From NCBI RefSeq assembly GCF_963853765.1, contig NC_088859.1:20956001-21020000 (forward strand): a stretch of DNA of 64,000 bases, read 5' to 3'. The DNA comes from Magallana gigas (lineage: Eukaryota). Shown in pieces: positions 13,464 through 26,646 of this stretch. Position numbers and translations under genes: made by a program. The number at the start of each line of letters is the position of its first letter. The first letter of the stretch is position 1. The notes beneath the pieces were generated by a model that saw only the letters and a program-made list of their open reading frames with translations, had not been told where the DNA came from and did not search any database.

Positions 13464-16400
13464 CTTAATTTGTGTTTTTGATAAATTTTGTCGTACCAGT
13501 TTTTTCATATATTTTATTTGCTGACATCTACACGTAGATTTGCATCCGATTCACAATGTCTATCAATTCGTATTTTACCAAACAAGAAACTGCTTGTTGA
13601 TATATTTCAAAACATTGCTTTCGAATGGTTAACCATTTTTGACTTAATCGACAAACAAAGCAGAGGAAGAGTAACTGCGATGTCTGGACGATGTGGTTTC
13701 TGCACAAGGACATGCGCATGCAATTATATCAGAATCATGGTGCTAGATTTCTGACAACACGCACGAATTTATTAAATGGAAATGTTTGAACGTGTTGTGA
13801 TGGGTAATATTTTCACAGCCTTCTAAGCCGATTTTTGTTTAAGACAGTCTTTTGCGCAAAAATAAAACATTCTTCTCCGCAGTCATGCAAATATATCTTC
13901 CTCCAAAATCAATTTCAATCAAAAGCAAACTTCAACACCCTTAAGTGTAAATGACAAATTTTCGAGCACCAATAAGAACTCATTTCCTTAATAATATGGC
14001 ATTTGCAACTCAATATCGTCGTGCAAATTGCAAATGTATAACATCTCTCGGTTCAACAGTTTTACATCCGAAGGAAGGGAAAGTTGGAAATCTTTTCCAG
14101 TTCAGCGTCATCGATAACTGCATTTTCTGATAATGGCTCGGAGAAATCTAGTTACAGAATGAGGCAGATAGACGGTATGTGTTATGACAATTAAATGGGA
14201 AATATCAAGAACGCTCTATAACAGGAACGGAAGAACTTCCATAAAAGATTTTGACACACTGGTTACATAGAGAGCGAGGGAACGAGTTGAATGGGAAATT
14301 GCCAACTACAGAAAATATCTATCTCAAAACGTGCTACAATAACTGTAAGACCGTCCCTTAACACAAAATAGGTGTTTATTTTAAGACACTGATCAAAAAT
14401 AAGGTAATTGGTTGTTTGGTGTTCTATATATTCTGAGATTTAGACCCCGAAATTTTGTTACTTTATCGATGCAGTAGTCAATGCGTAATAGCTTGCTGGG
14501 CCATCTATCACAAATAATTGTCTAAAATAAAAACAGTTTCAAAGAAAAAGTTTATGGTAGAGTGTCCATGTCGATAAATTCTGAAAACATTTTGGTCATT
14601 TCGTCGATTAACGCCATGTTATTTTATGTAATGTTTATGTCTTTCCAATAAATCACTGGCTATCAGTTCTTGTATCATTTTATAGTCTCTAACTTATTTG
14701 CCAATTCTTCAATGGCGGATGCTCCTCGGACTATTTTGTTGGTAAAAGTATTGTTTGAAACTATTATATATTGAAGAATCCGAGTAAGTGACCAATATTC
14801 CTCATCGAAATTAAACTTTTCAGTGAGATCGAAGGAAAATAAATCCATAAAAGTATGAACATAATTGAAATATAAGGGTACATGTACTCCGACTGAGCTA
14901 ATGCTTTTAGAATTCAGTTAAGTGAGACTACGATTTTTCTAACTAATTCGAAGTATCGTTCGTTCTCAGAGAAGCTATTAAACGATTCCCATCACGTTCT
15001 GTTGATATAAACTTCCCTTTATCGAACAGACACACACACTTACGTGCATACAAACTGATGATTATTGCTCTTAAATAATTTTTTTTCTAAACCAACTTTT
15101 TTGTTCGTTTATTCCGATTCGAGCCACAGTGAATACACCTTTTTCCTTATTTTTTTTCTATCTTCACTTTATCTGAATTTAACACTTTTTTTACTTCAAA
15201 TATTACACCAACTTGTATGTTGTAGCGTCCATACAAGTATAAGGAACACAAACTTTCTCACAGTCAGCGGAATTAATAATTATGTTGACCAAAAATATAA
15301 GCGATATGCAGATCATATAATTGTGTACTTTACTTATATAAAGATAGATTTGTCTACTTACCAGTGAGCTGGAGGATATTGTTTTTCTATAGTTACACCG
15401 TCCTCGGACTCTGATGCTAATGTTCGATGTGGGAATTTTTATTTGTCCGTTTCCATTTGTAGATACTGAGAGACATATTTAAGTGTACGCGTTTGAGTTC
15501 GGCTGAGTCGATATTTGTTGGATTTCATCATGCATACCAATGCACTCGTCGAAAAAGAAAAAAAAAATGAGGGGCATTGCTATATTTCTTGTTTACTTTT
15601 CTCCTAATAAAAACAAAACTTAGTTAGTAAAATAGAGGTGAACAAACACAGAGTCTTCAAAGAAAAGCAAAAAAAAAAAATCACTTTTTTTGTTCAATTG
15701 TATACAAAGTCACTCGTATTGATGAAATCGTTTATTGGTGTAAAGCCACGATTAATAAAGAGTTCATTCGAAATTCAAACACAAGGGAATTGAGACAGAT
15801 CAAATGCAATGATCCTTGTTGAAAGAAGGCCGATACAGTACATACAAAGATCATGAATTGTCAACAGTTACAGCTGTTACTCGCAAAGAGTCTGAATAAA
15901 CTCAATTAGTATGAAAATAAGATACGTCAAACATTGAAGGAGGTTATTTTGAGACACGCTTTTAAATCTACCTTCAAGTGAGGGGTATGGACAACACCAG
16001 ATATAATCGTTATGTAAAGTATGATTACAAACTTGCAGTTGATCCATTTGTGCATTTTAGTTTTATATTAGCTTCCCATTCTTAAATAAAATCCACATAT
16101 TATCGCCAAAAGATGAATTAAAAATTAGAGAGCATTAAAATTACATGGGCGCCACAAAGCGAAGCATCACCTCGCCAAATGAAATTTTGTGGGGGGATGC
16201 ATTATTTAGGACTATATAATTGAGGGGATCAAATATTAAAATATTTCGTTTATTCCTTTCTCCCATGCATGCTCTGGTACCACACCAAACCGGTAATGTA
16301 TTTTGTCAAGTCGTACATAACATTTCTGTTTTAAGTGTTGTAATTTCAACGACACCGTGTATTTTGATAAATATTGATCAGAATTACTTGGAAATGAATA

Positions 16401-16489
16401 GGGGTTGTATTTGTCCTTCGACCATGCTTATGAAGTGTACGAAGTTTGAAAAACATATATGCGGGAGTTTTCTTTGAAACTTTTCCATA

Positions 16490-16490
<1 letters not shown>

Positions 16491-16527
<37 letters not shown>

Positions 16528-16533
16528 TGAGAG
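16491..16533. repeat. Imperfect (GA)n microsatellite
   Basis: Direct reading. Confidence 0.95.
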
Positions 16534-17339
16534 CAGCGATGCTATACCCCCTTCGCAACAAGTTGCGCGATAATAAGCGATTGCGGGTTTCAGCTATTAA
16601 GACGTTGTATTATAATGAATACAAAACAAAGTCGAACTTGCATATAAAAATTACAGAACATTCTTATCACCTTTTCCCGCCAAAATACAGGACATAACTT
16701 GACGGTTTTTATGGGCCAAATGTCTGAGGTCTTTATGGTGTAAGAGATATTAATTTCCCAGTATTTTCTTTATCCAAATAATCAAATATAAGCAGATGGG
16801 GAATTCTACGTGCAGATTTACAAAAGTTTAACAGCCCGAAATAGAATTTTTCCAATAATAAGAATTGAACAGGTGATGAACTTAGAAATTGTTTATCTTT
16901 TCTCAATTAAGACGATAAAACATTTCGTAGCTGGAAAGCAAATGGGTACGAAGAATGTCCAATGTTGTTTTTTCCAACAAACCAGTGACGTAACAAGAGA
17001 TGCTCTCTGAATGAAACTCCCAAAGAGATTTTTAACGCTAAAAAACATCATGATCACAAAAGCATTATAGAGTATTCCATTTCTACCATCGCTTTTCTGT
17101 ATATTCCATTGAATTAAATACCTCATAAAAGTCCATAAATGCCAGAATCCGGGTCGTTAAAGATCGTTGATGATGATTGAACGAGTGTTACTGATAGCCG
17201 AATTCGGAATTTTTTTCCCTATTCAATAAGAACTTTGATGGTATTTTCTGGAATTTGCTCGGATTAATTTGGGTAACTGTCTGTATATAGTAATCCCCTA
17301 CGACGACCAACCAGCATGACATGCTTTCAAGATAGATAA

Positions 17340-17524
17340 ATGTATTTAACAGGAAAGAAAAAATACCATTTTATGTTTCCTGCAACGATGATGAAGATGA
17401 AGATGATGAAGTTGATGATGTATTTAGTAGGGGGAAAAATACCATTTATGTTTCCTGCAACGATGACGACGATGATGATGATGATGACAGCGACGAAGAC
17501 GACGACGACGACGATGATGATGAA
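17340..17524 (+). repeat. 75-bp local tandem duplication with GAT/GAC/GAA trinucleotide tracts (poly-Asp in one frame)
   Basis: AAAAATACCATTT(T)ATGTTTCCTGCAACGATGA occurs twice, 75 nt apart, each copy followed by GAY/GAA tracts. Confidence 0.85.
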
Positions 17525-18981
17525 AACAGTAGAAGTCAGACAACCAGTCGTTGGATCAATGGTAATTTTAAATAATTTGTCTTTTCGTCTGGACAGGACA
17601 AACTGTCATTATAACGGGGAATTAACATACTCCATGGTTTGAATTCATGATTATTTGAAGTTTAAGGTTCTTTTTTTCCTCTCTGGAAAATATCCCAAAT
17701 GCTCTGAATGGTAGTCATTAGATAGAAAATCTTCAAGTGACTGATTTGCTATAGCACAGAAAGAGAAATAATTTGATATTTTCAGCTGGCTTCAGTTTTG
17801 CAAATGATTTGTCAGACGTCAGAATTTACGAAGCTTTGCAAAAATTGATGATTGTAAAGCACACCAAGAAAAAAAAATGAGACGATGGCCCATTGCTGCA
17901 AATGTGGTGCACAGTTCAAGCAATTTTAGGAATATCAGATTGTCTTTCAATAGAGATTCAGACAGATACATGTATTTATATAGCGTTTACATTTCTGTTT
18001 TCCATAAGGACAGAATATAGTCTGTTCTGATGTATAAGTGAACCTAAATACATAGGCACTTTACTGTACATAGTAACGAAACACGGTAATGATAACTCTT
18101 TCACATTGCGTATTATATGGAAAATTACGCATAAACCCGGGTTTTCTATAAACAATTATATATTTATTTGGTTAAACACAGCTAAACCCAAACATTCACA
18201 ATTTATTGCGAACATACTTTGCAATTCGAGTATCGTGCTTCTAGTCTCAGAAACAAGCTCATGGTTCTCGAGCACGAAATCCAATTCCATTATCATGGTC
18301 TTTAATCTCACAATAAAGTCAGCTTTGCTGATACTCAACAATCAAAGTTGTGTAGACTATTGGCTTACCCCTGTACACAACCTGTCGATTGCTTTTAACC
18401 TAATTTGACCTCGGGGACCAACAAGAAGCAAATCAAATTGAGCGGCAGTAGGAACAATATTGTCGTTTCTTTTGATTAATCCCTTATTATTCTCTGAGCA
18501 ATAACAAATCATTTTGTGTTTAAGATGGCTAATCTAGAAAGTCGATGAAAGGTTTTGTCAACAAGAGATATCAATATAGCATTTCAACGGTGTTATACTC
18601 GAACCAGTAGAAATACAAGGAAAGATACACGTTTTTTTTTAATTGGAATCAGGGGGAGGTTTTGATTTCTGGGTGTTTTATAATACATGTACCGCAAGTC
18701 AAATATTTATGTGGATGTCAAAACTATTGAATTCTCATTACATGTATGTGGCTGTAATACTGATTATCTACTGCACTGACAGAGTGATGAATGGGTTTTG
18801 TCCATCTTTGTGAAGTTTTACACCTACAAATGATAGATTAAGTGTTAAAAACCGACACTGATATTTCAGACATGCAAGACTATATGAACAGTATTCCTGA
18901 TTCGTGTACGTAATTGTAGTGAGCAACGAAAGCTTGTATTTTTTGTATATTTTTAATTTTGAAATTAATCATTAATCTTCT

Positions 18982-18984
<3 letters not shown>

Positions 18985-19019
<35 letters not shown>
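18985..19019. repeat. (GA)n microsatellite
   Basis: Direct reading. Confidence 0.95.
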
Positions 19020-19020
<1 letters not shown>

Positions 19021-21142
19021 AATCTTTCCATGTTAATCGGATTTGACTGTTTACAAGATATCAAGGCTATTTTGGTTTGGATACCATATAGACGGTCTTG
19101 TTGGAGATAAATAAAACATCAAAAATCTCGCTTAATTCACACTTTCGCACTTGGGATTTTAAGAATGTTTTGATTTCTTGATCATGTCACTCATAGATGA
19201 TATAGCTATTGAGCTTTTTCACAGCTAACCCCCCCCCCCCCCCCATGATCTTTGCACAAGATAGACATGGCAAACTTTGAAGACATTTAAAAATTGTCTT
19301 CAAAACTGTACGTGATTGTCACCTTACTCTCAGGATGATGATGGTTTGAGAGAATTAATTGAAAGGAATTGAACAGAAAGAAAAACTGTTTCTATTAATT
19401 TTTATACACACCCACGCACGCAATCTTATCCTCAAGTATATCACGTGTGTCCATGCAAGATGATAATTAAGACTCAGTGATTGATTACCAACCTGATGTT
19501 AAAACATCATTGCACGTGACGTTTCTGGATTACTGAAACATTAAAAAAACATCACCAATACAAAGTACATCACTTGGATTTCGTCCTTAAATCTTCACGC
19601 CCCGTAAGAATGGCGACTTTCATACATATATGCTTATTATAAAACTTAATATACTCATTATGATTATACAAAATTTATATAAAACTTAACTTTTATAACA
19701 GTATTGTAACTCTGAGTTCATCTAATTTTGAAAGAATAGACTGGTGTGTTACTAGTTTATTGAATACCATGTTTACTATTCATTTTCTCTACATTTGTAT
19801 TTTTTGCATTTCAATTGTGCGACTCGATATGGTCGTTATATCACAACTTTTTAATAGATGAAGGGGAAGACAAGTCATTTTTAAAGAAAAGTTAATAAGT
19901 AAACAACCAATTTCTCATACATATTTTTGTGGTGACTATTTTAGAATCTTGGTTATTTCTGTACATTTCTAATGATACGATATTTTGTTGATTAAAAACA
20001 TTCACTTGAAAGTTTAGAGGTGTTGATAGACTCTACAAATTATATAACGGTGTTTGGAATTCTAAGTGACAGCATATGCTACATAATTCTTAATAATGTA
20101 AAGGGGTGTATCTAACGCCATAGGTGTTTTCATCTCCTACGACGCAATTTGAAAATTCTGCGAAGTATCCTTCCTAAGTGCAAAAAAAAAACCCACCAAA
20201 ATCACACCACTTTTCGCTGAATTCATCTTTTGTTTTAAACTTCGTTTGATGATTCGTAAAAGAAGGTAACGAAGCTAATGATATCTCTGTCGACTTTTGT
20301 TAATTTATAAAAAAAAAAGAGCATTATAAATGCAAAACATGCTAAATATGTCTGAGTATATCCACGCCTGGTTCTTCAAACGAAGTACATGAAGGATGCG
20401 TGTACATCAACAATAAAGGAACCACTCTTCATAACAAGCATATACGCGAGACATTGTCATACCGTTGTGCTTTGATGACATCATTCATATAACCGCTAAA
20501 TTTGCCACTTTTTACAGTTCGGAATGAAAAAAATTAAAAGATAAAAAAGAAACCACGGTTGATGCTTTGATACTATTTGCAGGGGTATGAATAATGTAAC
20601 ATATTTTGATTAATTTTTCTTGTATCCATGTACTTTTCAACGTCTACAAAAAGTCGGTAGAACAAATTCGTTTGCTTTCAATGCCTTTTGTTTGCTTTGA
20701 TTTTTTTTGGGGGGGGGGGGGTGTAGCAACAGAGAATTGGTTTTCTTCACGAATAATTAAAAACTGTTCTAACTGCACGTGTAAGTTGGCGTTTGCCTAC
20801 CATGAAAATGTATTTTAAGGGGTTTTTTTAATATCACGTAGTTTTGTTGCGATATCTACAAATAAAACATAATTAAACATTAGAAAAGACTTGATTGTTT
20901 CCACTTATTTTAATTTTAACGGTTAATTTTCTTTCGAGTAGCAAAAATGATACCCGGTATACTAATGAATTTCTCAATAACTTTGAAAGATATAGTTTTG
21001 AACGCTCTCAACATCATTATTGGCAAATCCCGTTTTCATTTTCGCCATGATGCCTGGCGATTGTTGACAAAAGGTCAGTTTAACTTTCAGAGAGCCAAAT
21101 GTACTTGTTTTTCAAACCTTAGAGGTTGATATTATCGGTGCC

Positions 21143-21148
<6 letters not shown>

Positions 21149-21176
<28 letters not shown>
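21149..21176. repeat. (TA)14 microsatellite
   Basis: Direct reading. Confidence 0.95.
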
Positions 21177-21470
21177 CCACTATAACATACTCCCTACTGA
21201 CAAATTAACACAATCGACTGAAATGTCAGATAGATGATCAGTTTCTACTCGGATACATGCTACAAGAAGAATAGACAACCTGCAAATGCTTTGATAGGAT
21301 AAAAGAAATCATCGAACCGTTCCCAATAACCACTCTAGACTTCATAATGACAGCCATTTAATTCGAAAATCATAGATTTGTTTTCATAATATTTTCGTGA
21401 CAGGAAGCTTGGCAATGATAGCAAATTGGCGTTTGGTCAGTTCATATTATTTTGGTGGAATTGAATACGG

Positions 21471-21473
<3 letters not shown>

Positions 21474-21515
<42 letters not shown>
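21474..21515. repeat. (CT)n microsatellite
   Basis: Direct reading. Confidence 0.95.
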
Positions 21516-21517
<2 letters not shown>

Positions 21518-23205
21518 AGAATTTCATCTGAGAGAGATTTTCTCCTAAAGAGATAGAATCCACATGATAATACGCAAAGAAGCGGGCGTCATTATCACGC
21601 TCATATATTGTGCTGTGGCCGCCAGAAAGAGAAGGCTTCGCTTTATTAATGTAATAACAAGAGAATGATCGCCTTCCGTCTTTAAACCTTAATGAACCTC
21701 TCCAAAGTAAAATTGATTAATGTTTTCTATAAAATTAGTAGAAGATGATTCTCTCCCTCCTCGCCCTAGAAATGTCCACTTCAATAATGGGGGAAGACGC
21801 GACAATTTATCAATATCCCACTGGTAAAATGAATCCGAAGAATCAGATAATGTTAATTTTAACAATGTAGCACCGGCCTTGGATTACTCTTCACCAGAGT
21901 CTAGTTTCTTCACAGATTGTATAATAAGGAACCTAGTTTCTGCGCACTAGGGATCTATTGAGACGAAATTTTCTTCAATGGCTTAATGCTGTTTCAAGGC
22001 TCTTGCATGTAACTCCTTTCCCTTCAACAGTCGTATTTACACTTTAAAAGTTGGAAGTTCTTAGTAAAACACAACACAACTTTGTCAATTTTAATCATCA
22101 TGGACACATCATCTTAGTGCACTACAGTCGACTAGACTCGATCTCTATCTCTTGAACTTTAAACTTTTTGTTTTCAGATTTTTTAGGTATTTGTTCAGCA
22201 TAGTTGAAGATAATTATTCTTTTTGTTGTTGAAAATGCGACTTCATTTTTTTCTGTACTCAAAATCGGTTCAGCCAAAAAAAAAAAAAAAGAAGAAAAAA
22301 ATAGGAACTCATGATGCTTTTTGGAATTGACTTTTCTCATTAATCCCATATACCCGACAAATCATTATATCAAAGCATGTTTGTTGCATTTGAGAACATT
22401 TAAGATCCCTTGTGGTTTTGGCAAGGTCTGCTTTGTCTATTTCCAACCATAAAGCGAATCATTATCAAGTTTTCATCTCTTTACGCTCAGAAACTGATTA
22501 TTCCCTGCAAACAGCGAGCTCAGATAACCACACTCATTGACAGACGATGGCCGGGGATTCATCATGTGGTGCAGATTGCCTATCGTACTGAGAGAAAGAG
22601 GACTTCTGGCCGAAGTTTAGCACTGTATACAACACATTCTATTACAATAGGTCTCAATATCAGACATGTCATTGACACAAGAAAAGTTTGATTTCTTTGA
22701 AATTTGTTAAGGGACGTTTATTATATTTACTCATTTAATACAAAATATGAAAAATGCGATGTCAGATATTAAGTGTGCATTTTAAAAGCGTGTTAATAGT
22801 AGTTTTACAAAGCTTCAATAGACAAGATAGGTTTTAAAAGTGAACCTAAAAATAAAACATATTAGTAAGGAAATAATAATCTGCATAAACTCTTACAAGC
22901 ATATACTTCCCCTCCCCATCCCCACTTAGTGTAAAATTATCTAAATTGCATACTTACACTGGTCTTATTATTCTAATCATTCAAAAACCCAGTGGTCCAA
23001 GAGCAAAATACATCGTACTGATTGGAATATCGTTATTTCGAACAGCTTAATTGGGATTATTGAACTTGTAAATAAATGCAATTTTTAACGCGAATGTTAA
23101 GGAATCTAAAGTTACCTTACATCCTTTTAATACATCTATTTTTTTTCCTTTATCATGTCAAATTCAGGATATACCCTATTTTTCGTTTATAAACCCACTG
23201 TGATG

Positions 23206-23208
<3 letters not shown>

Positions 23209-23290
<82 letters not shown>
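23209..23290. repeat. (GA)41 microsatellite
   Basis: Direct reading, 82 bp perfect. Confidence 0.95.
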
Positions 23291-23293
<3 letters not shown>

Positions 23294-26149
23294 ACTTAGA
23301 GAGATATTAACTTACAACATTATCAAACTTCTATTACATTTTTAAACACTTTACCTGTAGTCAGTTAGCACATTCTTTTTAATTACATGTACATGCATCA
23401 CCTAATTAATTTCTTTTCTCCCCTTTCATGCCACTATAGTTACCACAGTTAGAGAGATTTTTTACTTTAAATGGGAGACAAGGCCCATATATGCACGTTT
23501 CTTTTCTATTTGATTCAAGGGAAAATATGCATTGAATGTGAAATCAATTCAAACTTTAAAAGTTTTCTAAATAATTTAGTTCACAAGTTTCTTTAAATGA
23601 TTGAGTGTTTTACTAATGTACTAATTAATACATTCATAAGAAAATTAAATTAGTGTCACCGTATTTCGCTTTAATTTATTCATAAGATAACCACTTGAAC
23701 ATGCACCAAATTGATCTTGTTAATGTATCAAACTTCGTAAAATATTCCAAGTGCATAATGAATCGAAAATATCATCAAATACCAGAGTGACTTATAATTC
23801 CCCAAAGAAATAAATAAATGTCCAAAATGCAGTATGTTGGAAATGTGTCTCAATTTATAGCATATAATTCTGCACGAGTAATAATGATAAAATATAAAAT
23901 GGATGGTGTAGCATTTTAGGCAATTTCATTTGGTTATCAATCATATCCACGATCGAATAGAAACAAAACGAAATAAAAACTGTATCATACATATATATGT
24001 ATGCATCATACCCATTTCACATTCGAAACCAAACAATGAAAAGTTGATCAAATTTCACAAAATTCTCACTTATTATTTGCACTATTAAGCAAACAGCAGG
24101 AGAATTTCAATTTTAAGAATGCATTTAAGCATTGAATGCTTATATTTTTATTTTTATACTAATGTCTATTTGTATGAAAAACTGTATCTCGCTGCTATAA
24201 AGCCATTATATGCGCTCTTAGTCAGGGATATGAAACAAACATGGAACAGCTATTTTAACATGTTATTTAGTTAGCTTCCGCGACAAAAAATATAGTGCCA
24301 GAAACTTTGTTTTTATATATATTTATGATTTTTTTTCAAAGTATATATCAAATTGGTTATGTAAGATTGAAAGTTTCATGTAATCTTACAAAAATATACA
24401 CGAGAAGACGTTTGTATCTGTGCTCATGGCGCATGGATTAGCAAAGTGTATTCATAGAAACTGAACGTCGCAGATTTCCAATGCAAACATAAGGGGAAAT
24501 ATACATTGAATGAAAACATTGATAGGTAAACTAAAGTATTGTACATCCATAAACCAAAGTGGTTATGGAAACATTTTCTCCAAACCTTGCAAAAGGTCTT
24601 GAACAAAGGCCAGTATCTTTCACTAAAAATGACCTTGACCACCCCTCCTCACGGCACGTTCATCTTATTGTATTATAAGAGAACTTTTTTATTTCAACAA
24701 ACTAGTTTTTGAAATATATATAATAATCCTGAAAAAAAAATAATTGTATCTATGGTGAAGATTTTATTAAAAGTTCCTCTTTCTAATACGCAAGATTTTG
24801 ATACCTCTGCTATAGTACTATACATGAACTATGCTAAACACAATTTTTTTTTATCAGACAATAAAACTAAGTAAAATTACTAGTTCCTTTTATGCAAATA
24901 TATTCACTTTCACACGCTTTGCTGCCACGCGCTTTGAAATTAAGCAGTGTTATAAACCTAAACTCTTAGAAAAATTCAATAATATTTCAAGACCATTCTT
25001 ATGGAAAGTTCAAAGAGTCTTTGACAAGAAAATAAAACACTAGGTAAAGCATAAAAGACAAAACAAATAATAAAACTTTAAGATTCCATTTTTGCAAAAA
25101 TCACAAGGAAATGAAAATATTAATTTCAAAACAATGCTATACTGATGTTTCCTTTGTTCTGCTTTTTTATAAATCAAATTTCCTTGAATGTTTTGAGTAA
25201 AGAGGGTTTAAATTTCTATAAACATTCCAATACCGGGTTGAAACGAAGTTTAAAAAAGCCCAAACTTTCCTACTGTAACTGTAAAATGGCTAATAAATCT
25301 AAAAAGATCACGCATAATTCAAAAATAACAAATATATCAACTGTGTCATTCTTTTCCTTGCGACAATATTCTATTAATCTTATGTACATGTACATGTAAC
25401 AGCAAACCCGGTATGTTGTAAATGCAATGAGACCAAATTAAATTCATTTTTTTAAATATGAAAAAAACATGTACCTGAACCCTTTATACATATATCGGTT
25501 TACCGTAATTTTGAATAGAAAACAAAAAAGCATTGAATGATACAGTTACGCATATATTGAGTAAAAAACAAACAATCAGAACTGTCTAATTCATTTTATC
25601 AAGAATACAATAACTAAAAATAATTTACAAAAAAACCCCCACTAAAAATACTTCGACAAACACAATATTTATGGAAGATAACAATGTACAAATAGTTCAC
25701 TTTTAAAAAAAAATAAACTCTCTTTTTTTTCTTTCTTTCCGAATTTATCAACATTGAAAAAAGGGGCGAGGAACAATACGGGATAAAAAAAAAGTTACAG
25801 AAAAGAGAAGGCATAATTGGCCAAATCATCAAAAAGAAAAAGGTTGGCATAACTTTGTAGACTTGATATGCAATATCTGGTACAAAAGATACATCCCAAA
25901 CTTTATCATTTGCAATGTTTTAAGCAGGAATTGGTTTTGTTCATCTACTTATGTGTAAAAATCAAATGTACTGAAAATATTTTATTTAAGTACATTTAAT
26001 CATATACACAATTAAGAACTGATCGTTAATATCGCACCCAAGATACAAAGTTTGTTTCTTTACTTTAATTACACGGTATGTAACTTTCAAATTTATCTAC
26101 CTAGCACATTTAGTAAAAATTACAATCTAACATGAACTACATGTAAGAT

Positions 26150-26646
26150 TGCGTTTGACTTTGTTCTTCTTGGTAAAACTCTAAGAAAAGTCAAGTTGGC
26201 GGCAAGACACTTTGATCAATAAACTAAACATAAATCCCACGCATATCAAACCGGAAAGAGTTCGCACCTTTTTTGATCCATTTTGACATTTTCATTTACG
26301 AAAAACTTGAAAGATTCACCAGAAAGTATGTCATTCACACATTGTGGCAATACCATTTTCTGATAACCGTGTGAGAAGAGAGAAATCCAAGATAGTCGAG
26401 TTTGTTTTTAGAGCCACGAGGGAATACATGGTAACTTCAAAGGTTCGACAGCTTCAAAGGGCAAACTTTATACAATGTATTCAGGGAATTCGGCAAAGAA
26501 GTTTTCATCAATCTTATCATCGATGAAAACACGATGTGCAAGCAGACGTCCAGCGAGTTTGAAACCTAGCAACAGGTAGAAACTGCTCAATACATACTAT
26601 ACCGACATCGCTCTTACGCTTACACAAAGTTTGGACTTAATATCGT
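26150..26646 (-). pseudogene. Degenerate coding-like (LRR-like) segment in the intron-6 equivalent of the BFAR pseudogene
   Basis: Homologous to 49640-50106; starts after a TTTTAAACAG acceptor; multiple stops and indels. Confidence 0.3.

Noticed and set aside
17340-17642. 100-aa poly-Met/poly-Thr ORF in the track
   Set aside because: It is an alternative reading of the GAT/GAC tract; if anything here is coding, the Asp-rich frame with splice sites is more plausible.
24424-24642. 72-aa aromatic-rich ORF (YWPLFKTFCKVW) faintly resembling the BFAR C-terminus
   Set aside because: No nucleotide alignment to any BFAR exon and no convincing splice sites.
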